This document shows positions 35,043-45,840 of a DNA stretch of 50,582 nucleotides, piece after piece. Every line of letters starts with the position of its first letter. The first letter of the stretch is position 1. The translations under genes and the position numbers were made by a program. Location of the stretch: contig JANMQV010000039.1 in NCBI GenBank assembly GCA_031370645.1, forward strand, positions 1 to 50,582, in the 5' to 3' direction. The notes beneath the pieces are model-generated. The model was not told the origin of the DNA, searched no databases, and saw only the letters and a list, made by a program, of their open reading frames with translations. This DNA is from Candidatus Eiseniibacteriota bacterium (GTDB taxonomy: Bacteria > Eisenbacteria > RBG-16-71-46 > SZUA-252).

Positions 35043-36452
35043 ATGTCTCGTAAGCCAGGTGGCGTTCCCCTGTTCGCGGCGCTTGTCGCCGTCCTTTCGC
35101 TGCTAGCCGCCGCCGGCTCGTCGGCTCAGCCGCGCGAGAAGAGCGCAGCGCGCGGGGCCACCCAGGCCATGGCGCGGGAGATCGCGGTCAAGATGTTGAA
35201 GAACGGCCTGACCGTCATCGTTTGGCCCGACCACGACGTGCCGAACGTGGCGATGTACACGCTTTACAGGGCGGGAAGCCGGAATGAGCGCCCGGGGATC
35301 ACCGGGATCTCCCATTTCTTCGAGCACATGATGTTCAACGGATCTAAGAATTATCCGTCGGGCGACTATGACCGCTTGCTCGAAGCGGCGGGCGGGAGCA
35401 ACAACGCCTACACGAGCGAAAACGTCACCTGCTATCAGAACTGGGTTCCGAAGGGGGCGCTCGAAACGATCTTCCGGCTGGAAGCGGACCGGATCTGCTG
35501 CCTTTCGCTCGATTCCACCGCCGTCGAAAGCGAGCGCGGTGTCGTTTACTCGGAGCGGCGTACGACGACCGACGACAGCGCCGAGTCGTTCCTCGACGAG
35601 CAGGTGCAGGCGACAGCGTTCGTCGCCCACCCCTACGGGATGCCGGTCATCGGGTGGCCGAGCGACATCGAGCGGTGGTCGCAGGCGGATCTCCGCAACT
35701 ACTTCCGCACCTACTACGCGCCCAACAACGCGACGATGATCTTCGCCGGAGACGTCACACCCGAGGAGATCTTCGCGCTCGCGGCGAGGCACTTGGAGGG
35801 GATCCCCGCGCAAGCGCCGCCTCCCGCCGTCCGGACGGTGGAGCCGCCGCAGCTGGGTGAGCGCCGCGTCGTCGTTCGCAGGCCGGGGCAGGTGCCGTAC
35901 CTCCAAGTCGCGTTTCACGCGGGGCGCGCGAACGATCCCGACGTGGAAACGCTCGATCTACTGAGCACCATTTTGACCGGCGGCGAATCGAGCCGCCTCT
36001 ACCGGCGGCTGGTCGATCGCGATCAGGTATCGATCGGGCTCTACGACTACTTCCTTCGGGGATTCGATCCGGGTCTCTACCGGATTCTCGTCACCGTCTC
36101 GCCCGACAAGGGCGTGGAGGCGTGCGAAAAATCGCTCCTCGACGAGCTGGCGAAGGTAGGTCGCGACGGCGTCACGCAGGCGGAATTGAAGAAAGCGATG
36201 AACGTGGCGGTCATGAACTTCTGGCGCCGCATGGCGACGATCGACGGAAAGGCGGCCACGCTCGGCGACGCGCAGGTATTCCGGGGCGACTGGCGCGATG
36301 CCTTCGCCGCTCCCGACCGCTACGCTCGGGTGACGGCTCGTGACATCCAATCCGCGGCCAAGCGGCTCTTCGACGAGAAGAATCGCACGGTCGGCATTTT
36401 CCTTCCGGAGAACGAACCGGTCGCGGCGGCCGCGAAGGGAGGCGCGCGATGA
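35043..36452 (+). CDS. M16 zinc metallopeptidase, catalytic subunit
   Basis: GAGGAGG RBS; signal peptide; GISHFFEHMMFNGS (HxxEH), NAYT and ERGVVYSER. Confidence 0.93.
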   Translation: MSRKPGGVPLFAALVAVLSLLAAAGSSAQPREKSAARGATQAMAREIAVKMLKNGLTVIVWPDHDVPNVAMYTLYRAGSRNERPGITGISHFFEHMMFNGSKNYPSGDYDRLLEAAGGSNNAYTSENVTCYQNWVPKGALETIFRLEADRICCLSLDSTAVESERGVVYSERRTTTDDSAESFLDEQVQATAFVAHPYGMPVIGWPSDIERWSQADLRNYFRTYYAPNNATMIFAGDVTPEEIFALAARHLEGIPAQAPPPAVRTVEPPQLGERRVVVRRPGQVPYLQVAFHAGRANDPDVETLDLLSTILTGGESSRLYRRLVDRDQVSIGLYDYFLRGFDPGLYRILVTVSPDKGVEACEKSLLDELAKVGRDGVTQAELKKAMNVAVMNFWRRMATIDGKAATLGDAQVFRGDWRDAFAAPDRYARVTARDIQSAAKRLFDEKNRTVGIFLPENEPVAAAAKGGAR

Positions 36453-37912
36453 CGATCGGGCGCCTTTTGGACGCGGCGCGTCTTGGCGTGGCGCTGCTCG
36501 CTTTCTCGGCGGCGCTCCTGGGCGTGCACCCGGCGGCGGCTCAATCCATCCGGCTTCCGGAGATCCGCGATCTCACCCTTCCGAACGGCGCGCGAATTCT
36601 CCTCGCCGAGCGCCACGACGTTCCGCTTGTCGCCATGAGCGCGTTCCTGCGCGGCGGCTCGCGGACCGACCCCGAGGGAAAGGAAGGGATCGCGGCGATC
36701 ACCACGGAGATGCTCCGAAAGGGAGCGGGGAAGCGAAGCGCTTCGGAGATCGCGGATGCGGTCGACGGCGTCGGAGCCACGTTCGCGACCGGGGCCGGCA
36801 TGGAGACCTTTTACGTCACGGGCGAATTCATGAAAGGGGACGTCGATCTGATGATCGATCTCGCGAAGAGCGTCCTCCGGAATCCTACATTTCCCGATTC
36901 GGAGTTCGTGAAATTGCGGAGCCAGACCGTGGACGGACTCCTCGCCCTCAAAGACGATCCGGGAAACGTCTATCGCGCGTACGGCAGCGCCACCTTTTAC
37001 GGAGCCCATCCCTACGGCCGCCCGACCGGCGGCGACGAGGCGACGGTCGCGGCACTCACGCGCGACGACGTGCTCCGCTGCTACCGCGATCAATTCGGGG
37101 GCGACCGGCTGATCTTCGTCGTCGTCGGCGATTTCACGACGACCGCGATGGAGGCGAAACTCCGCGCCGCGTTCGGCGACTGGAAGAAGGCGGCGGGAAG
37201 CATTCCGAACGTGCCCGCGCCGGAACGCATCACGGGGCGGCGCGTGCTCCTGGTCGACAAAGCCGACGCCACGCAGACCTATTTCTGGATCGGCAATCGC
37301 GGCGTCTCCGCGACCGACCCGGAGCGAGATGTTCTAGACGTCGCCAACATCGCATTCGGCGGGACCTTCGCGTCGCTCCTCAACACGGCGCTTCGAATCA
37401 AGTCGGGCCTCACGTACGGGGCGAGCAGCCGGCTCCAGCGACTCGCGGCGGGCGGGGCCGTCGGCATCGGTTCGTATACCAAGACCGAATCGACGGCGCA
37501 GGCGATCGACCTGGCGCTCAAGGTTCTTCACGACTTCCGCGCTAACGGATTGGAATCGGCGAAGCTTTCTTCCGGGCGGAACTACATCAACGGACAGTTC
37601 CCGACGGATCTCGAAACCGCGGGCCAGTTGGCGGGGACGTTGGCCGCGAATGCCTTCTATGGGCTTCCTCGCGAGGAGATCACCGGCTATCCCGCGCGCA
37701 TCGCGGCCGTCGACAGCGCCGCGGTCTTCCGCGCGGTGCAACGCGTCTATCCCCCCGACTCCGACCTCGTGATCGTCATGGTGGGAAACGCGGCGAAACT
37801 CCGAGCGGTGGCGAAGCGCTACGGCCCCGTAGCCGAGATTCCGCTCGCGCGGCCCATGATCGAGGCGCTCCGGAGCGTCCGGTCGGGGGGAACGAGCCCG
37901 GCGGCACGCTAG
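36449..37912 (+). CDS. M16 peptidase, non-catalytic partner subunit
   Basis: ATGA overlap; signal peptide; HxxEH degenerate (AITTEML); R/Y motif LRIKSGLTYG. Confidence 0.9.
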   Translation: MTIGRLLDAARLGVALLAFSAALLGVHPAAAQSIRLPEIRDLTLPNGARILLAERHDVPLVAMSAFLRGGSRTDPEGKEGIAAITTEMLRKGAGKRSASEIADAVDGVGATFATGAGMETFYVTGEFMKGDVDLMIDLAKSVLRNPTFPDSEFVKLRSQTVDGLLALKDDPGNVYRAYGSATFYGAHPYGRPTGGDEATVAALTRDDVLRCYRDQFGGDRLIFVVVGDFTTTAMEAKLRAAFGDWKKAAGSIPNVPAPERITGRRVLLVDKADATQTYFWIGNRGVSATDPERDVLDVANIAFGGTFASLLNTALRIKSGLTYGASSRLQRLAAGGAVGIGSYTKTESTAQAIDLALKVLHDFRANGLESAKLSSGRNYINGQFPTDLETAGQLAGTLAANAFYGLPREEITGYPARIAAVDSAAVFRAVQRVYPPDSDLVIVMVGNAAKLRAVAKRYGPVAEIPLARPMIEALRSVRSGGTSPAAR

Positions 37913-37922
37913 TGGAGCGGTA

Positions 37923-38150
37923 CTAAACAGAACCGGCCGGGCCCTCCTCGGGCTTCGGCCGGTTCCTCGTTTCACCTGGCGATGTCGTTCCCGGCGCGCG
38001 CTTCCGTTCCCGCCCCGCTTCCTTCACCGCACGCGCCAGGATGTATTCGATTTGACCGTTCACGCTCCGCAGTTCATCCCCGGCCCACTTCTCGAGCGCG
38101 TCCCAGAGCCGCGGATCGATCCGCAGGAGGAACGCTTTCCGGGAAGTCAT
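37923..38150 (-). CDS. Arc-like ribbon-helix-helix DNA-binding protein
   Basis: [35 protein letters not shown]. Confidence 0.85.
   Translation of the reverse strand: MTSRKAFLLRIDPRLWDALEKWAGDELRSVNGQIEYILARAVKEAGRERKRAPGTTSPGETRNRPKPEEGPAGSV
37930..37965. terminator. GC-rich hairpin at the convergent M16/RHH gene ends
   Basis: GAACCGGCCG..CGGCCGGTTC inverted repeat. Confidence 0.5.
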
Positions 38151-38170
38151 CGCTCGGCTCCGTTCTCGCT

Positions 38171-39040
38171 CTAGCCGTTGAGTGTGCCGGTGTTGAGCAC
38201 CGGGGTCGCGGCCCGTTCGCCGCAGAGGACCACGAGCAGATTCGAGACCATCGCGGCCTTCCGCTCATCGTCCAGTTCGATGACGTTGTTCCGCTTCAGC
38301 CGCTCGAGCGCCATCTCCACCATCCCGACGGCGCCGTCCACGATCATTTGACGCGCCGCGATGATGGCGGCCGCCTGCTGGCGTTGCAGCATGGCGCCGG
38401 CGATTTCCTGCGCGTAGGCCAAGTGGCTGAGCCGCGCTTCCATCACGTCCACGCCCGCCTGGTGCAGGCGCTCCTGGAGCTCTTGGCGGAGCGTTTGGGA
38501 GACCCGGTCCGTGCTTCCACGAAGCGAAAGACCCTCGTGGTCTTGGGCGTCGTAGGGATATTCGCTGGCGAGATGCCGGACCGCCGTCTCGCTCTGGACC
38601 GAGACGAACGAATCGTAGTCCTCGACGTCGAACGTCGCCTGGGCGGTGTCGCGCACGCGCCAAACCACCACCGCCGCGATCTCGACCGGATTGCCTGCCT
38701 TGTCGTTCACCTTGATCGTGTGCCCGTTCAGGCTTCTCGTCCGAAGCGAGATCCGTTTCTTCAGGTTGAACGGATTGGTCCACCACCATCCGGCGTCACG
38801 CACCGTGCCGACGTAGGTGCCGAAGAAGATGAGGACCACGGCCTGATTCGGCTGCACCGTGAAGAGGCCCGCGAACATGAGAATCGAGAGCAACAGCAAG
38901 GGAACCGAGACAAAGAGGAGTCCGGGGTGCTCCTTGCTGATCGCGCCGATGAAGAAGTTGATGGCCAGCGCCAGTACGATGAGGCCGATCAGTAGCCCCA
39001 GGGGGCCGCTCCACGCGGCGACTTTCCGTTCGTTCGTCAT
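38171..39040 (-). CDS. SPFH (band 7) domain membrane protein
   Basis: 2 [36 protein letters not shown] and [13 protein letters not shown]. Confidence 0.92.
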   Translation of the reverse strand: MTNERKVAAWSGPLGLLIGLIVLALAINFFIGAISKEHPGLLFVSVPLLLLSILMFAGLFTVQPNQAVVLIFFGTYVGTVRDAGWWWTNPFNLKKRISLRTRSLNGHTIKVNDKAGNPVEIAAVVVWRVRDTAQATFDVEDYDSFVSVQSETAVRHLASEYPYDAQDHEGLSLRGSTDRVSQTLRQELQERLHQAGVDVMEARLSHLAYAQEIAGAMLQRQQAAAIIAARQMIVDGAVGMVEMALERLKRNNVIELDDERKAAMVSNLLVVLCGERAATPVLNTGTLNG

Positions 39041-39081
39041 GATGTGACCTTGACCTCCACTTGGCTTGGGTGACGGTTGAT

Positions 39082-39119
39082 CGATACCAATATGATATCA
39101 CTATGATACTAAATGTCAA
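39082..39119 (-). promoter_or_regulatory. Promoter of the SPFH-RHH operon overlapped by three GATAY(C/T) repeats at 11-bp spacing
   Basis: Minus strand TTGACA-N17-TATCAT with extended TGn; GATACC 39082, GATATC 39093, GATACT 39104. Confidence 0.75.
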
Positions 39120-39151
39120 GAGGTGCCCGCCACATTCGGCGGGCACCTCTT
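39118..39151. terminator. 14-bp perfect-stem hairpin downstream of ettA
   Basis: AAGAGGTGCCCGCC-ACATTC-GGCGGGCACCTCTT. Confidence 0.75.
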
Positions 39152-39214
39152 TGGCCAGACTATGTTGTTTATTTATAACCCGTTAGCAAGTCTTGCCGGG
39201 GCTGACTACCGGAA

Positions 39215-40894
<1,680 letters not shown>

Positions 40895-41045
40895 CGCTCG
40901 GAAGTCCTCGATCGGTTTGTGTTTGGGGGCGCGTGGGAAGGCGCGTGCGTTGCATCGTGCCGCGGTACGACCCGGAGTATATACTGAACGGACGCGGCGA
41001 GCCAGAGGCACCCGGCGCGCCCGCACTCGCACCCGGAGGAATGGA

Positions 41046-41282
41046 ATGAGCGGCACGAAAATCACACTTCGAAACAATGGTCCAATTCGCGTGGAGGGGG
41101 ACTTCACGATCTTCGATCAGGAGGGCCGCGCCTTTGACCTGAGCGGCCGGACCCAGATCTCGCTTTGCCGTTGCGGTCAGTCGGCGAACAAGCCGTTCTG
41201 CGACAGCTCGCACAAGGCGTGCGCCTTCGACTCGATGGTCGAAGCGCGCGTGCTGCCCCCGCCCGTTCCGAAACCCGCCTAG
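41046..41282 (+). CDS. CDGSH iron-sulfur domain protein
   Basis: [34 protein letters not shown]. Confidence 0.92.
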   Translation: MSGTKITLRNNGPIRVEGDFTIFDQEGRAFDLSGRTQISLCRCGQSANKPFCDSSHKACAFDSMVEARVLPPPVPKPA

Positions 41283-41287
41283 CCGCC

Positions 41288-42448
41288 ATGGCGACTCATC
41301 CGATCACCAGCGCGCTCGAGATTCGCCCCTTTCGCGCCGAGGACTTAACGGGGCTGCTTCGCGGCGGCGTTCCGCCGTGCGTTTCGATCTACCTCACGAC
41401 TCATCGGAAGCACCCGGAATGGAAACAGGATCCGGTGCGCTTCCGTGGGCTCTTGGCCGAAGCCGAGGCGCTCCTCTCGAAGAGCGGCGTGCGCGACGCG
41501 AAGACGACGCTGGAGCCGCTCCGCGAGTTGATGGACAAGCCGTTTTGGGAATTTGCGCTCGAAGGGCTCGCCGTCTTCTTTTCGGGCGGGACGATCACCG
41601 CCTATCGGTTGCCGATGCCGGTCGAGGAAGGCGTCGTCGTCGCCGACACGTTTCACACGAAGCCGCTTCTCCGATTCCTTCACTCGAACCGCCGCTACTT
41701 CGTCCTCTCGATCACGCAGAATGACGTCGCGCTCTACGAAGGCTCGTCCTTCGGCGCCGGAGCGGTGGAACTCCACGGCGTGCCGGCGAGCCTGCGCGAC
41801 GCTCTCGGCGTCGTGACGCACGACCGGATGGTGACCGCACATAGTCCCGCGGGGAGTTTCGTCTTCCACGGGAGCGGACCGGGGAAGGAGGGAACGAAGG
41901 AAGAACTGCTCAAATTCTTCCGCGCCATCGACCGAGGACTTCGCGATCTCCTTCGCGACGAACACGCGCCGCTCCTCCTCGCGGCCGTCGGTTACTACCA
42001 TTCCATCTACCGGGAAGCGAATACCTACCCCCACCTGCTCGCGACCGGCCTCGAAGGGAATTTCGAGCGATCGAACGGCGAACAAATCCACGCGGCGGCA
42101 TGGCCGCACGTGAAGCGGCAATTCGACGCGGAGATCGCGGAATGGGTCGGGCGCTACCGGGACGCCGCGGGGATGGGGCTTGGCTCCGCTCATCTCGAGG
42201 ACATCGCCGTTGCCGCCGTGACTGGGCGGGTCCGCTGCCTCTTGGCCGCGGAGGGGATGAAGGTCTGGGGGATGCTCGACCGAACGACCGGCTCGGTCAC
42301 GCGACACGAACGACAGGAGGACGCGCGCGACGGGGACCTGACGGACGATATCGCCGAAGAGGCGTTTCGCCGAGGGGCCGAGATCTTCGTGCTCAAGCCG
42401 GATCAGATGCCGACCCGCGAGCCGCTCGCCGCGATCTACCGCTTTTAG
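41288..42448 (+). CDS. baeRF3-family (aeRF1/Pelota-like) protein, Balon-like ribosome hibernation factor
   Basis: PCVSIYLTTHRKHP..QDPVRF, GLAVF, LP.PV..VVVADTFHTKPLL, FFRAIDRGL, PLLLA, A.TGRV..L, DL.DD.AE..RRGA and AAIYRF; no GGQ. Confidence 0.8.
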   Translation: MATHPITSALEIRPFRAEDLTGLLRGGVPPCVSIYLTTHRKHPEWKQDPVRFRGLLAEAEALLSKSGVRDAKTTLEPLRELMDKPFWEFALEGLAVFFSGGTITAYRLPMPVEEGVVVADTFHTKPLLRFLHSNRRYFVLSITQNDVALYEGSSFGAGAVELHGVPASLRDALGVVTHDRMVTAHSPAGSFVFHGSGPGKEGTKEELLKFFRAIDRGLRDLLRDEHAPLLLAAVGYYHSIYREANTYPHLLATGLEGNFERSNGEQIHAAAWPHVKRQFDAEIAEWVGRYRDAAGMGLGSAHLEDIAVAAVTGRVRCLLAAEGMKVWGMLDRTTGSVTRHERQEDARDGDLTDDIAEEAFRRGAEIFVLKPDQMPTREPLAAIYRF

Positions 42449-42458
42449 AGAATCCTAA

Positions 42459-42490
42459 GGGGCGGGCGGCGCTCCGGCGCTGCCCGCCCC
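42459..42490. terminator. GC-rich hairpin after the baeRF3 gene
   Basis: GGGGCGGGCGGCGC-TCCG-GCGCTGCCCGCCCC (14-bp stem with one G-U pair); no U-tract. Confidence 0.5.
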
Positions 42491-42638
42491 GAACACTCCC
42501 GCCGCCACCAAGATCGCTACGACTCCGAACCCAGCCCCTAGCGGCGGGTCCCGCCTCGGGAGTATCCTCATCGGCTGCGACTCCCCTGGCCGCGATTCTC
42601 TCACGCGAGAGCGCGGCGGCTCGAACCGGAGGTATTCC

Positions 42639-44687
42639 TTGCACGTTGCCCAGCCCGAGACCGGCACTCGAACCCGGACCGTCTACGCGGCGCGAAACCC
42701 GAAGGGTCGCGCCCTCACGGCCGAGGATCTATGGAAGATGGAACGGGTCGGCGCGCCGGCCCCTTCTCCGGACGGATCGTTCGTCCTCGTGCCGATTACC
42801 GCCTACGACATGGACCAGAACAAGGGGAGGACCCGGCTCTGGTTCGTCCCGACCGACGGTGCGGCGCCCCGAGCGCTCACGGCGGCCGATGCTTCGGTGT
42901 CCGAGCCACGTCTCTCGCCCGACGGCTCGAGCGTCCTCTTCACGCGCGCCACGGGGGAGGAGAAGCCGCAGGTGATGCTCCTTCGTCTCGACGGCGGCGA
43001 GGCGGAGCGGCTGACCGATCTCCCGATGGGAGCGACCGACCCGCAGTGGTTCGCCGACGGCGAACGGATCGCGTTCGTCGCGATGCTTCTCTCCGACGCG
43101 CCGACGCCGTCGGGAACGAAGGAACTCCTCGAGGCGCGCGCGAAGGATCCCGTGAAGGCGCACGTCACCGAGGATCGTCTCTACCGGTATTGGGACCGGT
43201 GGCTCACCGCTGGAGAGCGGCCCCATCTCTTCGTGTTGGACCTGACATCGCGCGCGCTCACCGACCTCACGCCGAAGGGCACCGGTTGGTTCGAGCTGAT
43301 GGAGCCGACGGGCCAGTACGACATATCGCCGGACGGGAGGGAGATCGCGTTCGTCGCCGACTCGAGCGAGCCGCCCCACTCGATGCTCCGCTGGGGGCTC
43401 TACACGGTGCCGACCGACGGCTCGGGTGCCGTTCGCTCTCTGACGCCCCCGGGGCAGGCTCCCGATCCGTCGGACGCCTACCGTCCCCGCTATAGCCCCG
43501 ATGGTGCCTCGATCCTCTACGGGATCCAGCGCGATCCCTACTTCTACGCCGACCGGATCCGGCTCGTCCGATTCAATCGGGCGACCGGCGCGCATGCCGT
43601 TTTGACCGAGGCGTGGGACCGTTCCCCCTCGTCGTGGGAGTTCGGGACCGACGGAACGATCTTCCTCGAGGTGGAGGACGACGGCGCTCCACGAATCTTC
43701 GCGCTCTCCTCGGGGGACGCCACACCGCGCCGCCTCACGAAAGAGGGCTCCGTCTCGGGGCTCGCCGTGGGGAGGGACGGGAAGCTCTACTTCACGCACC
43801 AGACGATCTCGTCGCCCGCGAACGTGGCCGTCTGTCGCGCCGATGGCTCGGATCTGCGGTCGCTCACGCACTATAACGAGACGCTTCTCGGCGAAATCGC
43901 GACGGGGGAAGTTCGCGAAATGGTCTTCACCGGCGCCGGGGGCGAGTCCGTGCAGATGTACGTCGTCCTTCCGCCCGGCTACGACGCCTCGAAGCGCTGG
44001 CCGCTGCTCCAGGTCATTCACGGCGGGCCGCACGGCATCACCGCCGACAGCTTCCATTTCCGATGGAACCTCCAGGCCTTCGCCGCGCCCGGTTACGTCG
44101 TGGCGGCCGTGAATTTCCACGGATCGACCTCGTGGGGGCAGGACTTCGCCGCCTCGATCCTGGGACGCCAAGCGGACAAGCCGTACGCCGACATCGAGCG
44201 GGCGACCGATCTCCTCATCGAAGCGGGGATCGCCGATCCGTCTCGGATGGCGATCGCCGGCGGTTCGTACGGCGGATACATGGTCTGCTGGATCGCGTCG
44301 CAGACGAGCCGCTACCGTTGCGCGGTGAACCACGCGGGCGTCTTCGATCTCCTGGCCGAGTACGCGAGCGACGTGACGCAGGGACGGAGCAAGGCCTACG
44401 GCGGGGAGCCGTGGGACAACATCGATGCGATCGACATCAACAATCCCGCGCGCTTCACGAAGGGTTTCACGACGCCGATGCTGATCATCCACGGGGAACG
44501 CGACTACCGCGTGCCGCACACGCAGGCGTTCGCCGTCTACAACATCTACAAGGCGAAGGGCGCCGAAGCGCGCCTTCTCTTCTTCCCCGACGAGAACCAC
44601 TGGATCTTGAAGCCGAAGAACTCGCTCCTCTGGAACCGAGAGGTCCACGACTGGTTCCGCCGCCATCTCGGGGCGCGAGCGGGCTAA
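42639..44687 (+). CDS. S9 family serine peptidase (dipeptidyl-/acylaminoacyl-peptidase-like)
   Basis: TTG after GGAGGT; beta-propeller SPDG repeats; IHGGPH, GGSYGG, HGERDYRV and DENH (Ser-Asp-His triad). Confidence 0.93.
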   Translation: MHVAQPETGTRTRTVYAARNPKGRALTAEDLWKMERVGAPAPSPDGSFVLVPITAYDMDQNKGRTRLWFVPTDGAAPRALTAADASVSEPRLSPDGSSVLFTRATGEEKPQVMLLRLDGGEAERLTDLPMGATDPQWFADGERIAFVAMLLSDAPTPSGTKELLEARAKDPVKAHVTEDRLYRYWDRWLTAGERPHLFVLDLTSRALTDLTPKGTGWFELMEPTGQYDISPDGREIAFVADSSEPPHSMLRWGLYTVPTDGSGAVRSLTPPGQAPDPSDAYRPRYSPDGASILYGIQRDPYFYADRIRLVRFNRATGAHAVLTEAWDRSPSSWEFGTDGTIFLEVEDDGAPRIFALSSGDATPRRLTKEGSVSGLAVGRDGKLYFTHQTISSPANVAVCRADGSDLRSLTHYNETLLGEIATGEVREMVFTGAGGESVQMYVVLPPGYDASKRWPLLQVIHGGPHGITADSFHFRWNLQAFAAPGYVVAAVNFHGSTSWGQDFAASILGRQADKPYADIERATDLLIEAGIADPSRMAIAGGSYGGYMVCWIASQTSRYRCAVNHAGVFDLLAEYASDVTQGRSKAYGGEPWDNIDAIDINNPARFTKGFTTPMLIIHGERDYRVPHTQAFAVYNIYKAKGAEARLLFFPDENHWILKPKNSLLWNREVHDWFRRHLGARAG

Positions 44688-44689
44688 TC

Positions 44690-45796
44690 ATGCGCTGGTC
44701 GTGGCGAATCGCCACCGTCGCGGGAATTCCGGTCCGGGTTCACGCGACGTTCGGACTCCTCCTCATCTTCATCTTCGGCGTCCATTTCGCCGGAGGGCAC
44801 GACGTCGTGAAGGCGCTCGAGGGCGTCGGCCTCGTCCTGGCCGTCTTCGGCTGCGTCGTCCTCCACGAATTCGGGCACGCCCTCACCGCCCGCCGGTACG
44901 GCGTGAAGACGCGCGACATCACGATCCTCCCGATCGGAGGCGTGGCGCGACTAGAACGAATCCCCGAGAAACCGCTTCAGGAGATCGTCGTGGCGCTGGC
45001 CGGCCCCGCGGTGAATCTCGCGATCGCCTGCATTCTTCTTATACCGTTCATGGCCGCTGTGGGCCGCGCCTCCGATCCCGCGGCGATGGCGGAGTTGATG
45101 CAGGGGCACTTCGTGGCGGAGCTCTTCGCCATCAACGTCTTCCTCGCGATCTTCAATCTCATTCCGGCGTTCCCGATGGACGGCGGGCGCGTCCTTCGCG
45201 CGCTCCTCGCCACGCGCCTCGACTACGTTCGCGCGACGCGCATCGCGGCCTCGGTGGGGCAGGGAATCGCGTTCCTGTTCGGCCTGGTCGGCCTCTTCGG
45301 GAACCCGACGCTCCTCTTTGTCGCGCTCTTCGTCTTCATCGGAGCGGGGCAGGAGGCGGCCGCGGTGCAGATGCGCTCGGCCTTCGACGGCGTTCCCGTG
45401 GCGCGCGCCATGGTGCGCGAGTTTCACGTGCTGCACGAGAGCGCGCCGCTCTCTCAGGCGGTGGATCTTCTTTTGGTGGGAAGCCAGCAGGATTTCCCCG
45501 TGCTGGAGGATGGGGCGGGCGGGAAGCCGGTTGGAGTGCTGACGCGGGCCGATCTCCTCACCGCGCTGGCGGGGGGAGACACGAGCCGCCCGGTGCGCGA
45601 CGTGGTGAAACGAAGCTGCGGCGCGGCCCATCCTCTCGAACTTCTCGAGGCGGTCTTTCGGAGGATGGAAACGAGCGGTTGTCCCGCGATTCCGGTGATC
45701 GACGACGCGGGATCGGTGGTGGGGATGCTGACACTCGAGAACATCGGAGAGCTGGCGGCGGTTCACGCGGCACTCGGGCGCGCCGCGCCGCACTGA
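44690..45796 (+). CDS. Site-2 protease (M50) with CBS pair
   Basis: HEFGH, AGPAVN, FNLIPAFPMDGGRVLRA and C-terminal CBS motifs. Confidence 0.93.
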   Translation: MRWSWRIATVAGIPVRVHATFGLLLIFIFGVHFAGGHDVVKALEGVGLVLAVFGCVVLHEFGHALTARRYGVKTRDITILPIGGVARLERIPEKPLQEIVVALAGPAVNLAIACILLIPFMAAVGRASDPAAMAELMQGHFVAELFAINVFLAIFNLIPAFPMDGGRVLRALLATRLDYVRATRIAASVGQGIAFLFGLVGLFGNPTLLFVALFVFIGAGQEAAAVQMRSAFDGVPVARAMVREFHVLHESAPLSQAVDLLLVGSQQDFPVLEDGAGGKPVGVLTRADLLTALAGGDTSRPVRDVVKRSCGAAHPLELLEAVFRRMETSGCPAIPVIDDAGSVVGMLTLENIGELAAVHAALGRAAPH

Positions 45797-45840
45797 CTCC
45801 GGCCGCCGCGACGTCCGAGGGACGGCGTGACGCGACGGGC

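Noticed and set aside
35043-37912. M16 pair as PqqF/PqqG-type RiPP maturation proteases
   Set aside because: Both subunits have signal peptides, and no precursor peptide, radical SAM or RRE gene is nearby.
37923-38150. RHH protein as a type II antitoxin
   Set aside because: No adjacent toxin-like ORF; its partner is an SPFH membrane protein.
41288-42448. Functional peptide release factor
   Set aside because: No GGQ motif or stop-codon recognition motif is visible.
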